NCBI GenBank assembly: GCA_964230645.1
Contig: CAXRHT010000001.1
Span: 640,001 to 704,000, forward strand
Length of the DNA: 64,000 nucleotides
Source of the DNA: Bdellovibrionales bacterium
GTDB lineage: Bacteria > Bdellovibrionota > Bdellovibrionia > Bdellovibrionales > JAGQZY01
Direction: 5' to 3'
Shown in pieces: positions 1 to 9,199 of this stretch. The notes under the pieces were generated by a model, which saw only the letters and a list, made by a program, of their open reading frames with translations, had not been told where the DNA came from and searched no databases. Within the stretch, counting starts at the first letter, position 1, and each line of letters opens with the position of its first letter. A program made the translations under genes and the position numbers.

Positions 1-2
1 AA

Positions 3-407
3 AGCTACTGGGTAGAATCAACGAGCAAACCCGCCCTTCTCCTCTCAAGCGAAGAACGGGAGGAATTAGAAGAAGACCTTGAAACTGTAGAAGATGAAGA
101 AGGTAACGAGCAGAAACCAGACCCACAAGGTTTTGTCACAGACAATGGAGTCATTAAAAAAGCTCCGGCTACCCTGCCCGATGGACTTTTTTTCCAGTCT
201 ATCGAAATCGATGGTGACCCTATAGAAAAAGTCGAAACAGGCCGCGTTTATATCTACTTTTTCCCCCAAGGCTATGTTCAGAAAAGTGCGATTCACCTGA
301 CAAACCGTGATACCCTGAACTGGACTCTTGTTATTTCAGGACTCACAGGACGGGTCGATATTTTTAACAAGGAAAGAGAACTCAAGGAATTCAAGGTGGA
401 AGACTGA
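3..407 (+). CDS. gspH: Type II secretion minor pseudopilin GspH, 3' part (truncated by window start)
   Basis: Frame 3 is open from base 3 (SYWVESTSKP...IYFFPQGYVQKSAIHL...ISGLTGRVDIF...VED*). FFPQG and LTGRV are GspH-type C-terminal motifs. TGA overlaps the gspI ATG. Confidence 0.75.
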   Translation, partial: SYWVESTSKPALLLSSEEREELEEDLETVEDEEGNEQKPDPQGFVTDNGVIKKAPATLPDGLFFQSIEIDGDPIEKVETGRVYIYFFPQGYVQKSAIHLTNRDTLNWTLVISGLTGRVDIFNKERELKEFKVED

Positions 408-934
408 TGAGATTGAAACTGGGTGAAAAAGGATTCTCACTTTTTGAAGTACTGATTGCCATGTCGATCATGTCGTCGGCCGCCATCCTTATGTATATGT
501 CTTGGCACGGTAACCAGGTTCGAGTGCAAAAAATGGCCATAAACAATAAAGCGGCTCTTCTATTAGACCAAATCATGTCACGCCTTGAAATCGAATACTC
601 TGAGAGAATCACGCAGCTTCCTGAAAATGATGGTGGAGAATTCGAAGGCAATCCCCGTTACAGCTGGAAAATGGAATCTCGCGATTTTGAAATGCCGGAT
701 TTAAGGTCGGTCTTGATTTCAGGAGATCAAGGGAATGAAGCCATGCTTCTCGTGGTGGATAAACTCACTGAATATCTGAATCAAAGTGTTAAAGAAATGA
801 AAGTCACAGTCTTTTACAAGCGCGGTAAACAAACAACCTCCTATACGGCCACCACTTTTCTTGTCGATTACAATCAAAGCATTCCTATTGGAGGAGGCAT
901 CCCTGGGGGAGCCGGGGGAGGTTTTGGGCAATGA
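407..934 (+). CDS. gspI: Type II secretion minor pseudopilin GspI
   Basis: Prepilin motif KG|FSLFEVLIAM; position between gspH and gspJ. Confidence 0.8.
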   Translation: MRLKLGEKGFSLFEVLIAMSIMSSAAILMYMSWHGNQVRVQKMAINNKAALLLDQIMSRLEIEYSERITQLPENDGGEFEGNPRYSWKMESRDFEMPDLRSVLISGDQGNEAMLLVVDKLTEYLNQSVKEMKVTVFYKRGKQTTSYTATTFLVDYNQSIPIGGGIPGGAGGGFGQ

Positions 935-2016
935 CCGGACTTCCTCGTTTGCTTTCGGGGGCCTGTCCAAGAGCCCTCAGCAATAAAATTCGCGAAGCTT
1001 TTCAAAGAGGCACGCACTCGGGTGCACTTCGTCTCCCGGATTGCACCACTTCGTGGCGCAACCCGAGATACGCAGCGCTCGCTGCTCGAGCCTCTTTGAA
1101 AAGCTTCGCGAATTTTATTGCTGAGATCTCCTGGCCAGTTTTTCAAGAGAAATACCGTAAGGGCTTTACCCTTATTGAAGTTATGATTTCTATGTTTATT
1201 ATGGCTATGTTGACCATTTTGGTTTCAACTTCCATTCGTACGGCTGTGCAAAACAAGAAGAAAATTGAGGATCGAGTTAAAACCGAGACTATTCTTTATG
1301 ATACTCTTCGAGTCTTGAAGCTTGATATTGAGCGGGCCTTTCATTACCAAGATGTTTTTTGGGAAATTGAGAATTTGGCCATACAACAACTTGAAAATGA
1401 GCAGCAGAATCCCGGAGGACAAGGTCAAGGGCAAGTACAGGGTGGTTTTCAGAGAACGCAGCAGCCGGCTTTTGGAGCCAATCCTAATGTGCAGCAACGC
1501 CAGCCTCCGGTTCAACTCACACAGTTTTTAGGGGAGAAAAACAGTCTGCATTTTACTTCTCTTAATAACTTTCGCACCAAGTACAATGCGCCTGAGAGTG
1601 ATCAAATGGAGGTGGGCTTTTACTTAGAGTCTTGTGAAAGACGAGACGGTAAAGGAAACACGCAATGTTTATGGAGACGGTCTTCTCCGCAAATTGATGA
1701 TGAAGTGGATAAAGGTGGTACAAAAGTTGTTGTGGCCGAGCACGTCCAAAAGTTTCAGCTTCGTTACCGTGATAAAAGAGAAGATGGCGAATGGGTGGAT
1801 CAGTGGCGCTCGGACAACAAGGGACGCTCTGATCATCGCAATAAATTTCCCCACTTTGTGGAAGTCGAAATTGAAATTGAAGATGAGGACGATAAAAGGT
1901 CCAGAAAAGTAAGCCAAACTATGGTGGTCTCTTTAGCTTTCCCCAATAATCAAACTCACATTCAACAGCAGCAGCAACAACAACAACTTCAACAGAACTC
2001 GGGGGCCTTTCAATGA
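931..2016 (+). CDS. gspJ: Type II secretion minor pseudopilin GspJ with an abnormally long (78 aa) leader containing a palindromic insert
   Basis: KG|FTLIEVMISM at residues 77-88; GspJ-like body; ATGA overlap with gspI stop; C-terminal poly-Q. Confidence 0.85.
   Translation: MTGLPRLLSGACPRALSNKIREAFQRGTHSGALRLPDCTTSWRNPRYAALAARASLKSFANFIAEISWPVFQEKYRKGFTLIEVMISMFIMAMLTILVSTSIRTAVQNKKKIEDRVKTETILYDTLRVLKLDIERAFHYQDVFWEIENLAIQQLENEQQNPGGQGQGQVQGGFQRTQQPAFGANPNVQQRQPPVQLTQFLGEKNSLHFTSLNNFRTKYNAPESDQMEVGFYLESCERRDGKGNTQCLWRRSSPQIDDEVDKGGTKVVVAEHVQKFQLRYRDKREDGEWVDQWRSDNKGRSDHRNKFPHFVEVEIEIEDEDDKRSRKVSQTMVVSLAFPNNQTHIQQQQQQQQLQQNSGAFQ
976..1125 (+). repeat. Palindromic element, family A copy 1: perfect 36-bp inverted arms around a 78-nt structured core
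   Basis: 976-1011 is the exact reverse complement of 1090-1125. Core 1012-1089 is 69/78 identical to the reverse complement of 53098-53175. Confidence 0.95.
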
Positions 2017-3326
2017 AGCTTATTGCCCTTTTAAGAAAAAAAACGGGTTCAGCCATTATGCTCGCTATTTTCACTGTGACCTTTGTTATTTTTTTGGCCA
2101 CAGAAATCTCTAAGCAAACGATTATGGAGTACCTCACCTCCTCAACTGAGGTCAAAAAAGTGCAAGCTCATTATATGGCTGAAGCTTGTTTGCGGCTTAA
2201 TCTTTTGAGAATCAAAGGCTATCAACAAGCCACAAGAGCTCTTGGAGACGCCATCCCCGATATGACGATGCTTGATATGATCTGGCAGTTTCCTCTGTCG
2301 TGGCCACCACAAGTACCCCAAGAGCTCAGTAATTTTGACAGCTCCACCATTAAGAAAACTGTGGGTGGATCGATTTTAAAAGGACAATTTGTTTCTTCCA
2401 TTACTTCTGAAGGTGGAAAGATTGATATCAATGACTTGGGCTCTTTGTCAGAAGCGCTTCGTGAGAAAACTAAGATTCAACTTCTCCAAAGATTCCAAGC
2501 GCGCATTCTCAATGGCGAGGATATCTTCTCGGAAAGATACGCCAATTTTAACTTTCAAGAGCTCATTAACAATATTGCCGACTGGGTCGATGGTGACCAA
2601 GAAAGTCTCAACGGAGGCAGTGAACAGGCCTATTATACTGACTATCGCAATGAGTTTATTCCTCCCAACCGACCTTTTAAAACCATGGAAGAGATTCATA
2701 TGGTTGCGGGCATGACCGATGAAATTTATGAGGAGCTCACAAAACACATCACTCTTTATGGGGTTAAAGGGATTAATGTGAACCAAGCCGAACGGGATGT
2801 TCTTCTTAGTCTTTTTAATAACTATTCTCCTGAAGTGGCTGATGAACTGGTGACAGAGATTTTGAAACGTCGTAGTGATCCGGACCTCGGAGGCCCCTTT
2901 CGTGATGAAAAGGAATTCGTTGGCTTTTTGGGTGGATACATTGATCCGCAATCATTCAACAATGAAGAAAATAAAGTGCCCTTGTTTTTTGGCGCCGAAC
3001 TCAATTTCCGTATCAATTGTATCGGAGTGATGGGCAATATGACCCGAGAGATTGATGCCGTTGTTTACGATGCCACCACCGTCAAAACTCGCTTGCAAGA
3101 AGCCCTTATGAAAGAACAAGAGGACGTGAACCAAAATCCTCAATGCCAAAATGAAACGGGCGAAGCTCTTTACGAATGTCTTTGTGAGAACGAAGAGAGT
3201 GAGGCCAAAAGGCAGCAGTGTATTACCAATAAAAAGAAAGCCGCCCAACAGAAAGAACAACAAACGAACCAACCCACTCCCCTACCCCCTGGCCCGCCTC
3301 GTATGATCATAAAAAGAGTGCGCTGA
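2013..3326 (+). CDS. gspK: Type II secretion protein GspK
   Basis: KTG|SAIMLAIF leader; EGGKIDIN, NIADWVDGD and PPNRPFKTMEEIHMVAGM motifs; INVNQA. Confidence 0.9.
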   Translation: MKLIALLRKKTGSAIMLAIFTVTFVIFLATEISKQTIMEYLTSSTEVKKVQAHYMAEACLRLNLLRIKGYQQATRALGDAIPDMTMLDMIWQFPLSWPPQVPQELSNFDSSTIKKTVGGSILKGQFVSSITSEGGKIDINDLGSLSEALREKTKIQLLQRFQARILNGEDIFSERYANFNFQELINNIADWVDGDQESLNGGSEQAYYTDYRNEFIPPNRPFKTMEEIHMVAGMTDEIYEELTKHITLYGVKGINVNQAERDVLLSLFNNYSPEVADELVTEILKRRSDPDLGGPFRDEKEFVGFLGGYIDPQSFNNEENKVPLFFGAELNFRINCIGVMGNMTREIDAVVYDATTVKTRLQEALMKEQEDVNQNPQCQNETGEALYECLCENEESEAKRQQCITNKKKAAQQKEQQTNQPTPLPPGPPRMIIKRVR

Positions 3327-3514
3327 TTTAGACCTTAGTCGGTGCTCGCTTCCTTGTTTGGCATAGACTGCCCTCTCTCACCTACGAGTGATTGATTTCT
3401 TCAGTATAGAAAGGCTTATATGGACAGCAAACTATTGATATCATAGAATGATTAAGCGGCAGAGCTTCAGTTTAAAAGCTAAAATTAGCTTTTGGTTTTT
3501 AAAAAAGGATTTTT

Positions 3515-5152
3515 ATGAGAAGTGTTGGAATTGATATTGGAAGAAACAGTATTAAGGTTGTGGAAGTTCTTGCCAGCAATCGCACCTACGAAATCACAAA
3601 AGCTAAAGAATACAAAATTCTCAATATGGAAAGCAGTGATCAAGAAATAGATATCCTGCAAACACTTCACACTATTTCCAAAGAATTTGATACTGAGTCT
3701 GCCAAAACAATTTGCTCGATCCGCCAACAGTATATTAGCTCTCGAAAGGTCTTTTTCCCTTTCAAAGAGCGCATGAAAATCCATAAAAGTTTAGCTTTCG
3801 AACTTGAAGACGACATCCCTCTGACGATTGATAAAGCCATCTACGATTCTAAAATTATTAAATTTCACGAAAAGTCAGCAGAAGTCGTTGCTATGGCCTG
3901 TGTGCGCGAGGAAATCGAAAAGACTTTAGATATCATGGAGAGAGGTCATATTGATCCTGATGTGATCACACCTGAGTTTTGTGCGATCGCTAATCTTTAT
4001 GAAAAATGGTACAAAGCGCCTGACGCTGTTACTGAGGAAACCAACGAATCCACAGAGCCTGATAAACTTGTCGTTCACATTGGGCATTCAAAGACTTTTG
4101 CAGGAGTTGTGAGTCGAGGCTATCTTGTTTGGGGGCGTAGTATTATGTGGGGGGCTGAAAAAGTGGCCGCCGCTATTTCCAATAGCTTTCAAGTCCCCTT
4201 TACCACCGCCCACGACATGATGCCAGACAAGGCCTTTGTACTTCTCAGCACAACTGACGCCAGTAAAGAGCATATCAAAATGTCGGAAGCCGTAACTAAA
4301 GCATTCGAACCATTGATTCAATCGTTAAGGCTTACGATCATGTTGGCAAATACTGACTACGGCACCAACGTTTCTGAAGTGGAGCTGATTGGCTCACCTA
4401 GTAAGATCAAAAATATTGCGCCCTATTTTACCCAAGAACTTGAGAAGTCTACCAACATCTCAAATCCCGCCCATCACTTTAGTGATCGTCACATTAAAAA
4501 TCATGAGCGCTTGGGGGACGCCTTTTTAATGGCCCTTGGTTTATGTATTGAAGGTTTAAGACGTCCCTTCAATCCTCCAGTCAACTTTCGACAAATGGAG
4601 TACGCTAAGAAGAACCTATCCTTTGAAAAATTTTGGGAAAAATGGGGGTATACGGCAAAGCTCATGGCCGCTGGTTATTTCTGCTATGTGGTCTACGCCG
4701 TCGCGATTGATACCGTCAGCACCCAGCTTGAACAGGCCTCTTATGATGTCATGATGAATCAAGCCAGTAAAATAGCGAAACTTAAGGGACGAAGTGCGAC
4801 GCCTGGTAAAATAAAGGCTTTTATTCGAGATAAAAATAAAGAGGCGGATTTGGTAAAAGTCTATGACCAACTTGATGAGATCAACTCGCCCATGAAATTC
4901 ATTAATGAAATTAGCCAAATTTTACCTCCAAATAAAAACAATGAGTCTTTTGATGTTAGGCGCATGATGATCAAAGATCGCCAAATCACTCTTCAAGGGG
5001 TGGCAAAATCCGATGAGATAATAAAATCCATCGACAAGGCTCTAAAGGGTGTCGCTCTCAATGGCAAGGTCTCAAAAGCGCCCGCTACGATTCCTGATGA
5101 GGCTGGCAAGAAAAAGTTTGGCTTTAAGTTTAATGTGAAGAGAAAGAATTGA
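3515..5152 (+). CDS. gspL: GspL-type assembly platform protein (PilM actin-like domain, TM helix and PilN-like domain)
   Basis: N-terminal SVGIDIGRNSIKVVE PilM/FtsA motif; VNFRQ followed by a TM helix; ITLQGVA; position after gspK. Confidence 0.75.
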   Translation: MRSVGIDIGRNSIKVVEVLASNRTYEITKAKEYKILNMESSDQEIDILQTLHTISKEFDTESAKTICSIRQQYISSRKVFFPFKERMKIHKSLAFELEDDIPLTIDKAIYDSKIIKFHEKSAEVVAMACVREEIEKTLDIMERGHIDPDVITPEFCAIANLYEKWYKAPDAVTEETNESTEPDKLVVHIGHSKTFAGVVSRGYLVWGRSIMWGAEKVAAAISNSFQVPFTTAHDMMPDKAFVLLSTTDASKEHIKMSEAVTKAFEPLIQSLRLTIMLANTDYGTNVSEVELIGSPSKIKNIAPYFTQELEKSTNISNPAHHFSDRHIKNHERLGDAFLMALGLCIEGLRRPFNPPVNFRQMEYAKKNLSFEKFWEKWGYTAKLMAAGYFCYVVYAVAIDTVSTQLEQASYDVMMNQASKIAKLKGRSATPGKIKAFIRDKNKEADLVKVYDQLDEINSPMKFINEISQILPPNKNNESFDVRRMMIKDRQITLQGVAKSDEIIKSIDKALKGVALNGKVSKAPATIPDEAGKKKFGFKFNVKRKN

Positions 5153-5153
5153 T

Positions 5154-5831
5154 ATGGATATTGAATCACTCAAAGAACAGTTTATTGAGCAATTTAAGAG
5201 TTATAAAAATCAAATTGAGGACTCTGAGTCCTATATTAAGCTCAAAGAGGGTTATGATAAACTCACACCCAATATTCAAGCTTTACTAAAGGCTTTCGGA
5301 GTTTTCTTAGTGCTCTACTTTTTTTACAGCATCCCGGCCTCTTACACTTCTTCGGCTGAGGAAAAGATGTCTCTGTTTGAAGAAAATCGAGAAATCACTA
5401 GAGACCTTATCCGAGCTGGAAGAATTGCTAAGACAACACAACTTCCACCGCCCGCGCCGAGCCCTCAGCAACTCACCTCCAACATTGAGAGAAACCTAAA
5501 GTCCCAACAGGTGCTTCCGGAACAAAAGCTTGGCATTACACCGATGCAAAATGTGGCTTCAAAATCTATTGTTCCAAAAAGTATCGAGCAATCGGGAATC
5601 AAAGCCAGTCTCAAAAAACTTAATTTAAGACAGGTTATAAAACTGGGCGAAGACATGAATGAAATCAATAGCTCACAACTCATGAATATGGTGATTCAAG
5701 CCGACAGTAAAGATCCTCATTACTATAATGTCGATTACGAAATCGCTTCATTCTCAGTTCCAAGGGACACGAAACCTGTTGGCAAGGATAAGAAAAGTCG
5801 TTCAAGATTTGGCAAAAAAAAGAAAAAGTAA
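5154..5831 (+). CDS. gspM: GspM-like inner-membrane platform protein
   Basis: Single TM helix after YDKLTP; coiled coil plus C-terminal alpha/beta domain; synteny. Confidence 0.6.
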   Translation: MDIESLKEQFIEQFKSYKNQIEDSESYIKLKEGYDKLTPNIQALLKAFGVFLVLYFFYSIPASYTSSAEEKMSLFEENREITRDLIRAGRIAKTTQLPPPAPSPQQLTSNIERNLKSQQVLPEQKLGITPMQNVASKSIVPKSIEQSGIKASLKKLNLRQVIKLGEDMNEINSSQLMNMVIQADSKDPHYYNVDYEIASFSVPRDTKPVGKDKKSRSRFGKKKKK

Positions 5832-5842
5832 GTTAGGATAAA

Positions 5843-6847
5843 ATGAACTCAAAACAAGTTTTACAATCCCTATTGAATGTTTTTAAGTACCACAAAAAAA
5901 AGATTTTCTTCTTTTTTGGCTCTGTTGTTTTCGGAATCATTGTTTTGTTTCCCTACGATGATTTGAGCGACTTCATTACTCAACAGGTGACCCAAGAAAC
6001 TCAAAGCAATGTCTATTTGCAATTTGACGGGCTTTCTTTTGGTCTCATGCCTCAGTTGGGTATTAAAATGGAAAACGTTTTAATCGAGACCGTTTACGCC
6101 CCGACTATGTCGGTCAAGACTCTTGGCTTTGCTCCCAAAATTTCCTCTCTACTCGGTTCGGCAGCAGGAAAGCTCGTTGCCTATGGTCTCTTTGACGGCG
6201 AAGCCTCTGTTGATTTTGGCCCAAGTAATGAACTCGACATTGAAGGCGAAGAGATGGGACTTGAGGTTGAGCTAGAAAATGTCGATCTCAAGGAACTGAC
6301 CAAATTTATCAATGAATCCAAGAAACTTCCTGTCACCATGAATGGAACCACGCAATTGGATTCTAGTTTTTATGTGGACCCAAGCTTTAAAGAACAGCCA
6401 AAGGGCACAGTCATTTTAGCTGTGAAAAACTTAGACATTCCATCCTCTACTCTCCCTATCAATATGAATGGGGTTCAAATGAGCCTTTCTCTTCCCGCTT
6501 TAAAACTCTCGGAGCTAAAGCTTGAAGGCAACCTCGATGATGGAAAGTTCTTTATTCGCGAGGGAAAAATTGGCGAAACTAAAAATGACCTTTACGGAAC
6601 TATTACTGGTGATGTCTTCTTCCAAATGGCCCCTGGGGGCCGCTTCCTTCCCGGTGGTTACGACTTAAAAGTGAACCTGAACATCAGTGAGAATTTGCAA
6701 AGACAGCTCAAACTTTTTCTGAGTGTTCTCGATATGCATGAAGGCATTGGTGATAAATACAAATTTAAAAGTCTTCGAGGCGTGCGCTATTCCATGCGCA
6801 TCTCTGCCCGCAACTTCAGCTCAGCCCCCCAAGTCAAATCCTACTAA
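5843..6847 (+). CDS. gspN: Type II secretion protein GspN (deltaproteobacterial type)
   Basis: N-terminal TM ending in LFPYDDLSDFI; beta-rich body; last gene of the cluster. Confidence 0.75.
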   Translation: MNSKQVLQSLLNVFKYHKKKIFFFFGSVVFGIIVLFPYDDLSDFITQQVTQETQSNVYLQFDGLSFGLMPQLGIKMENVLIETVYAPTMSVKTLGFAPKISSLLGSAAGKLVAYGLFDGEASVDFGPSNELDIEGEEMGLEVELENVDLKELTKFINESKKLPVTMNGTTQLDSSFYVDPSFKEQPKGTVILAVKNLDIPSSTLPINMNGVQMSLSLPALKLSELKLEGNLDDGKFFIREGKIGETKNDLYGTITGDVFFQMAPGGRFLPGGYDLKVNLNISENLQRQLKLFLSVLDMHEGIGDKYKFKSLRGVRYSMRISARNFSSAPQVKSY

Positions 6848-6965
6848 AAGGTACCAGGTTCTTTTTTCGGAAGCACAGTGACAATCTGTAGCTACTATCT
6901 ACTTAAAAGAGACCCGATACTTTAAAATTGGCGCTGCGCTTCCGAAAATAGAACCTGGTACCTTT
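6847..6965. mobile_element. MITE/REPIN-like element, family B copy 1 (39-bp imperfect terminal inverted repeats)
   Basis: 6847-6885 pairs with 6927-6965 (35/39). 6850-6877 is identical to the reverse complement of 41859-41886. Confidence 0.75.
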
Positions 6966-7049
6966 CATGGTGCGGTCCGGCAAATCCGGGATTCCTTTGC
7001 GACCTCTGGATAAAATCGGGTAATTTTCAAAGTTCTTCGGCTAGATCTA

Positions 7050-7065
7050 TGGCCAGGGGGATGCA
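7050..7065 (+). promoter_or_regulatory. Possible sigma-54 (-24/-12) promoter for ssb
   Basis: TGGCCAGGGGGATGCA has correct GG-N10-GC spacing, but is only a partial consensus match. Confidence 0.3.
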
Positions 7066-7104
7066 TTTCGCGTACAACAGAAACTCGAGAAGGGAGCTTG
7101 ATTT

Positions 7105-7536
7105 ATGTCAGGAGTTAACAAAGCAATTATTGTCGGACGCTTGGGTGCCGATCCAGAAGTGAAAACAGTTTCATCTGGGCAAACCGTTTGTCGTTTGAGT
7201 GTCGCCACAAGCGAAAACTGGACGGATCGTGATGGTCAAAAGCAAGAGCGCACCGAATGGCACCGAGTGGTTGTCTGGGGCCGAATGGCTGAGGTTTGCG
7301 GTCAGCACCTTGCCAAAGGACGCCAAGTCTATCTTGAAGGCCGTTTACAGACGCGTTCTTGGGAAGATCAACAAGGTGTTAAAAAGTACACAACGGAAAT
7401 CGTAGCAACGACCGTTCAGTTTCTTGGTTCCAATGATAGCCGTGGTCAATCCCAGAGTAGTAGCGGCGGAGGATCAGATTACCAAGATTTTGGTCCAGAA
7501 CCCTCTTTTGATAGTAATGAGGAAATTCCGTTCTAA
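7105..7536 (+). CDS. ssb: Single-stranded DNA-binding protein
   Basis: [25 protein letters not shown], acidic EEIPF tail. Confidence 0.98.
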   Translation: MSGVNKAIIVGRLGADPEVKTVSSGQTVCRLSVATSENWTDRDGQKQERTEWHRVVVWGRMAEVCGQHLAKGRQVYLEGRLQTRSWEDQQGVKKYTTEIVATTVQFLGSNDSRGQSQSSSGGGSDYQDFGPEPSFDSNEEIPF

Positions 7537-7548
7537 ACCCTCTTTTAC

Positions 7549-7571
7549 GCCACCAATGTCCTTTTGGTGGC
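7549..7571 (+). terminator. Hairpin after ssb (possible terminator)
   Basis: GCCACCAA/TTGGTGGC stem; weak U tail. Confidence 0.45.
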
Positions 7572-7679
7572 TTAAGTTCTTGTAATAGCTAATCAATCGT
7601 CCACTTAGGACTTGGCCCATACTCGCAATTTCCTTATCATGAGAGAAGTATCAAAAAGGATGCTCATCAAGGAGTGAAA

Positions 7680-8558
7680 ATGCAGCCTCGAATTAGCTTT
7701 ATCAAATTTCTTTCACTTATAGCGGTCGCTCTTTTCGCCTTTCCCCAACAGTCTGAAGCCGGGAGAGTTGTGAAAACTAAGGGAAGAAAAGTCTTTATCA
7801 AATTGGATGCTGCCGAAGCCGGTGACATGGCCGAAGGCGACTATCTTTATATGACTTCAAAGTCCGGAAAAAAATACGGGATCGTAATAATCAGGAAAAA
7901 GAAGGGCCGCTTAGTTATCGCGAAACTGGGAAAAGGAAATGCCAAAAAAGGCATGTACACTCAACTGCGTAAATCTAATAAAAGTCGAAGCAAAAGCCGT
8001 CCGATGGAAACTGCTAGTGACGTAGCTCTCACCGAAAGTGTTGAAAAACGTTCAGACACAATGATCGGACTTCTTGGAAGTTTTGGAACGGCCACTCAAA
8101 ACGTCACCGGTGTGGCAGATATGTCTGGGTCTACGACAGGTTTTAAAGGTATTTTTGATTATGAACTTTTTAGCGACTTCGGAGTTCGTGCAAGATTAGG
8201 TCTTGATATGTTGTCGGTGGAAGGTTCAAGTGATAACGGAGATTTCGCAACCTCTATTTCCTACCTCACCATTGATTTATTATTACGATACTACCTCTAC
8301 CGAGACGACAGTTTCGGGTTTTTCTTAAATGGAGGAATGGGAATCTATTCACCAATGTCGACAGATTTGGGAACCAACCAAGCCTTACAAGAGGACTCGA
8401 TTTCTACAACAAGTCTTCTTATTTTTGGGGGTGGTGTCGCTATTCCTTTTGGAGGTTGGCAGATCTTTCTCGGGGGTGATTACCTCTATTTCCCTCCTTC
8501 AGAAGATGTGGATACTAGTGTGATCTCCGGTAAACTTGGCTTAATTTTTGAAATTTAA
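7680..8558 (+). CDS. Secreted outer-membrane beta-barrel protein with a basic N-terminal beta domain
   Basis: Signal peptide ending in SEA; amphipathic beta strands; C-terminal GLIFEI; start may be GTG 7674. Confidence 0.65.
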   Translation: MQPRISFIKFLSLIAVALFAFPQQSEAGRVVKTKGRKVFIKLDAAEAGDMAEGDYLYMTSKSGKKYGIVIIRKKKGRLVIAKLGKGNAKKGMYTQLRKSNKSRSKSRPMETASDVALTESVEKRSDTMIGLLGSFGTATQNVTGVADMSGSTTGFKGIFDYELFSDFGVRARLGLDMLSVEGSSDNGDFATSISYLTIDLLLRYYLYRDDSFGFFLNGGMGIYSPMSTDLGTNQALQEDSISTTSLLIFGGGVAIPFGGWQIFLGGDYLYFPPSEDVDTSVISGKLGLIFEI

Positions 8559-8568
8559 GGAGAAACTT

Positions 8569-9132
8569 GTGGCAAAGAGTTCAACAAAAGGTTTTTCGCT
8601 AATGGAGCTCATGGTCGCTGTAGCGATCATTGCCATCTTATCTCTGATGGCTGTCCCCGCCTATCAAGGGTTCCAAGCCCGAGCGAGACAAAAAGAAGGT
8701 TTCCATTTGGCAAATACCTTTTACACTGCGGCCCAAGCGACCCATACCGAGTTTGGTTTTTATCCAGGAGACTTCGTACAAACAGGTTTCCAACCCCAAG
8801 GAAGATTGGGCTACCGGCTTCGCACACAGAACGGAACTCTTATTCCATCTTTGCCGAATGATGATGGCTGCCTGAATACAGACCAGCCTTGCGACTGCGG
8901 GGGAGATTGCCCTAATTATAGAGAGTGGGAGGAAATTCCAGGAAACGTCGGCACCGAGACCCTCGGAGCAGTTGGATGTGATTGGGGAGCCTCCTGCGGC
9001 CCTCCTTTTGTCACTGACGATACTTTTCAAATTCTCGTTTGTGGATACGTAAACACTCGTTCTGCGTTGAGAGATCAATACGGCATGAATGAAAACAAAC
9101 AACTCACCATGTGTTTAGATGGATTGAAGTAA
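8569..9132 (+). CDS. Type IV pilin, Cys-rich
   Basis: AAGGAG RBS then GTG; KG|FSLMELMVAVAIIAILSLMAVPAY...RARQKE; 8 Cys in the head domain. Confidence 0.85.
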   Translation: MAKSSTKGFSLMELMVAVAIIAILSLMAVPAYQGFQARARQKEGFHLANTFYTAAQATHTEFGFYPGDFVQTGFQPQGRLGYRLRTQNGTLIPSLPNDDGCLNTDQPCDCGGDCPNYREWEEIPGNVGTETLGAVGCDWGASCGPPFVTDDTFQILVCGYVNTRSALRDQYGMNENKQLTMCLDGLK

Positions 9133-9165
9133 AAAAAAACGACCTGGTTTTGGGGAGCCAGGTCG
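9131..9165 (-). terminator. Rho-independent terminator (minus strand)
   Basis: Plus strand CGACCTGGTT/AGCCAGGTCG stem preceded by A9 (U9 on the minus strand). Confidence 0.8.
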
Positions 9166-9189
9166 AAAAAGGGGGATATGGGATCGTAC
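9131..9189 (-). ncRNA. Candidate ~59-nt sigma-54-dependent sRNA
   Basis: Lies between a -24/-12 promoter (9200-9216, minus strand) and an intrinsic terminator (stem 9140-9165 plus U9); no ORF. Confidence 0.5.
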
Positions 9190-9199
9190 CCCTATATGA

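Noticed and set aside
976..1125. Identification of family A as a tRNA, retron msr-msd, group I/II intron or CRISPR unit
   Set aside because: No T-loop/D-loop consensus or CCA, no reverse transcriptase or cas gene in the window, too short for a self-splicing intron, and no repeat-spacer array. Kept only as analogy.
874..1146. 90-aa minus-strand ORF sharing peptides (LSNKIREAFQRG, RASLKSFANFIAE) with the GspJ leader
   Set aside because: A by-product of the perfect inverted repeat; antisense to gspI/gspJ with no independent support.
1963..1995. CAA/CAG poly-Gln tract at the end of gspJ
   Set aside because: Mixed-codon low-complexity tail; in frame, so not a phase-variation tract.
7613..7628. 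TGGCCCATACTCGCA as a sigma-54 promoter
   Set aside because: GG-GC spacing is 9, not the required 10.
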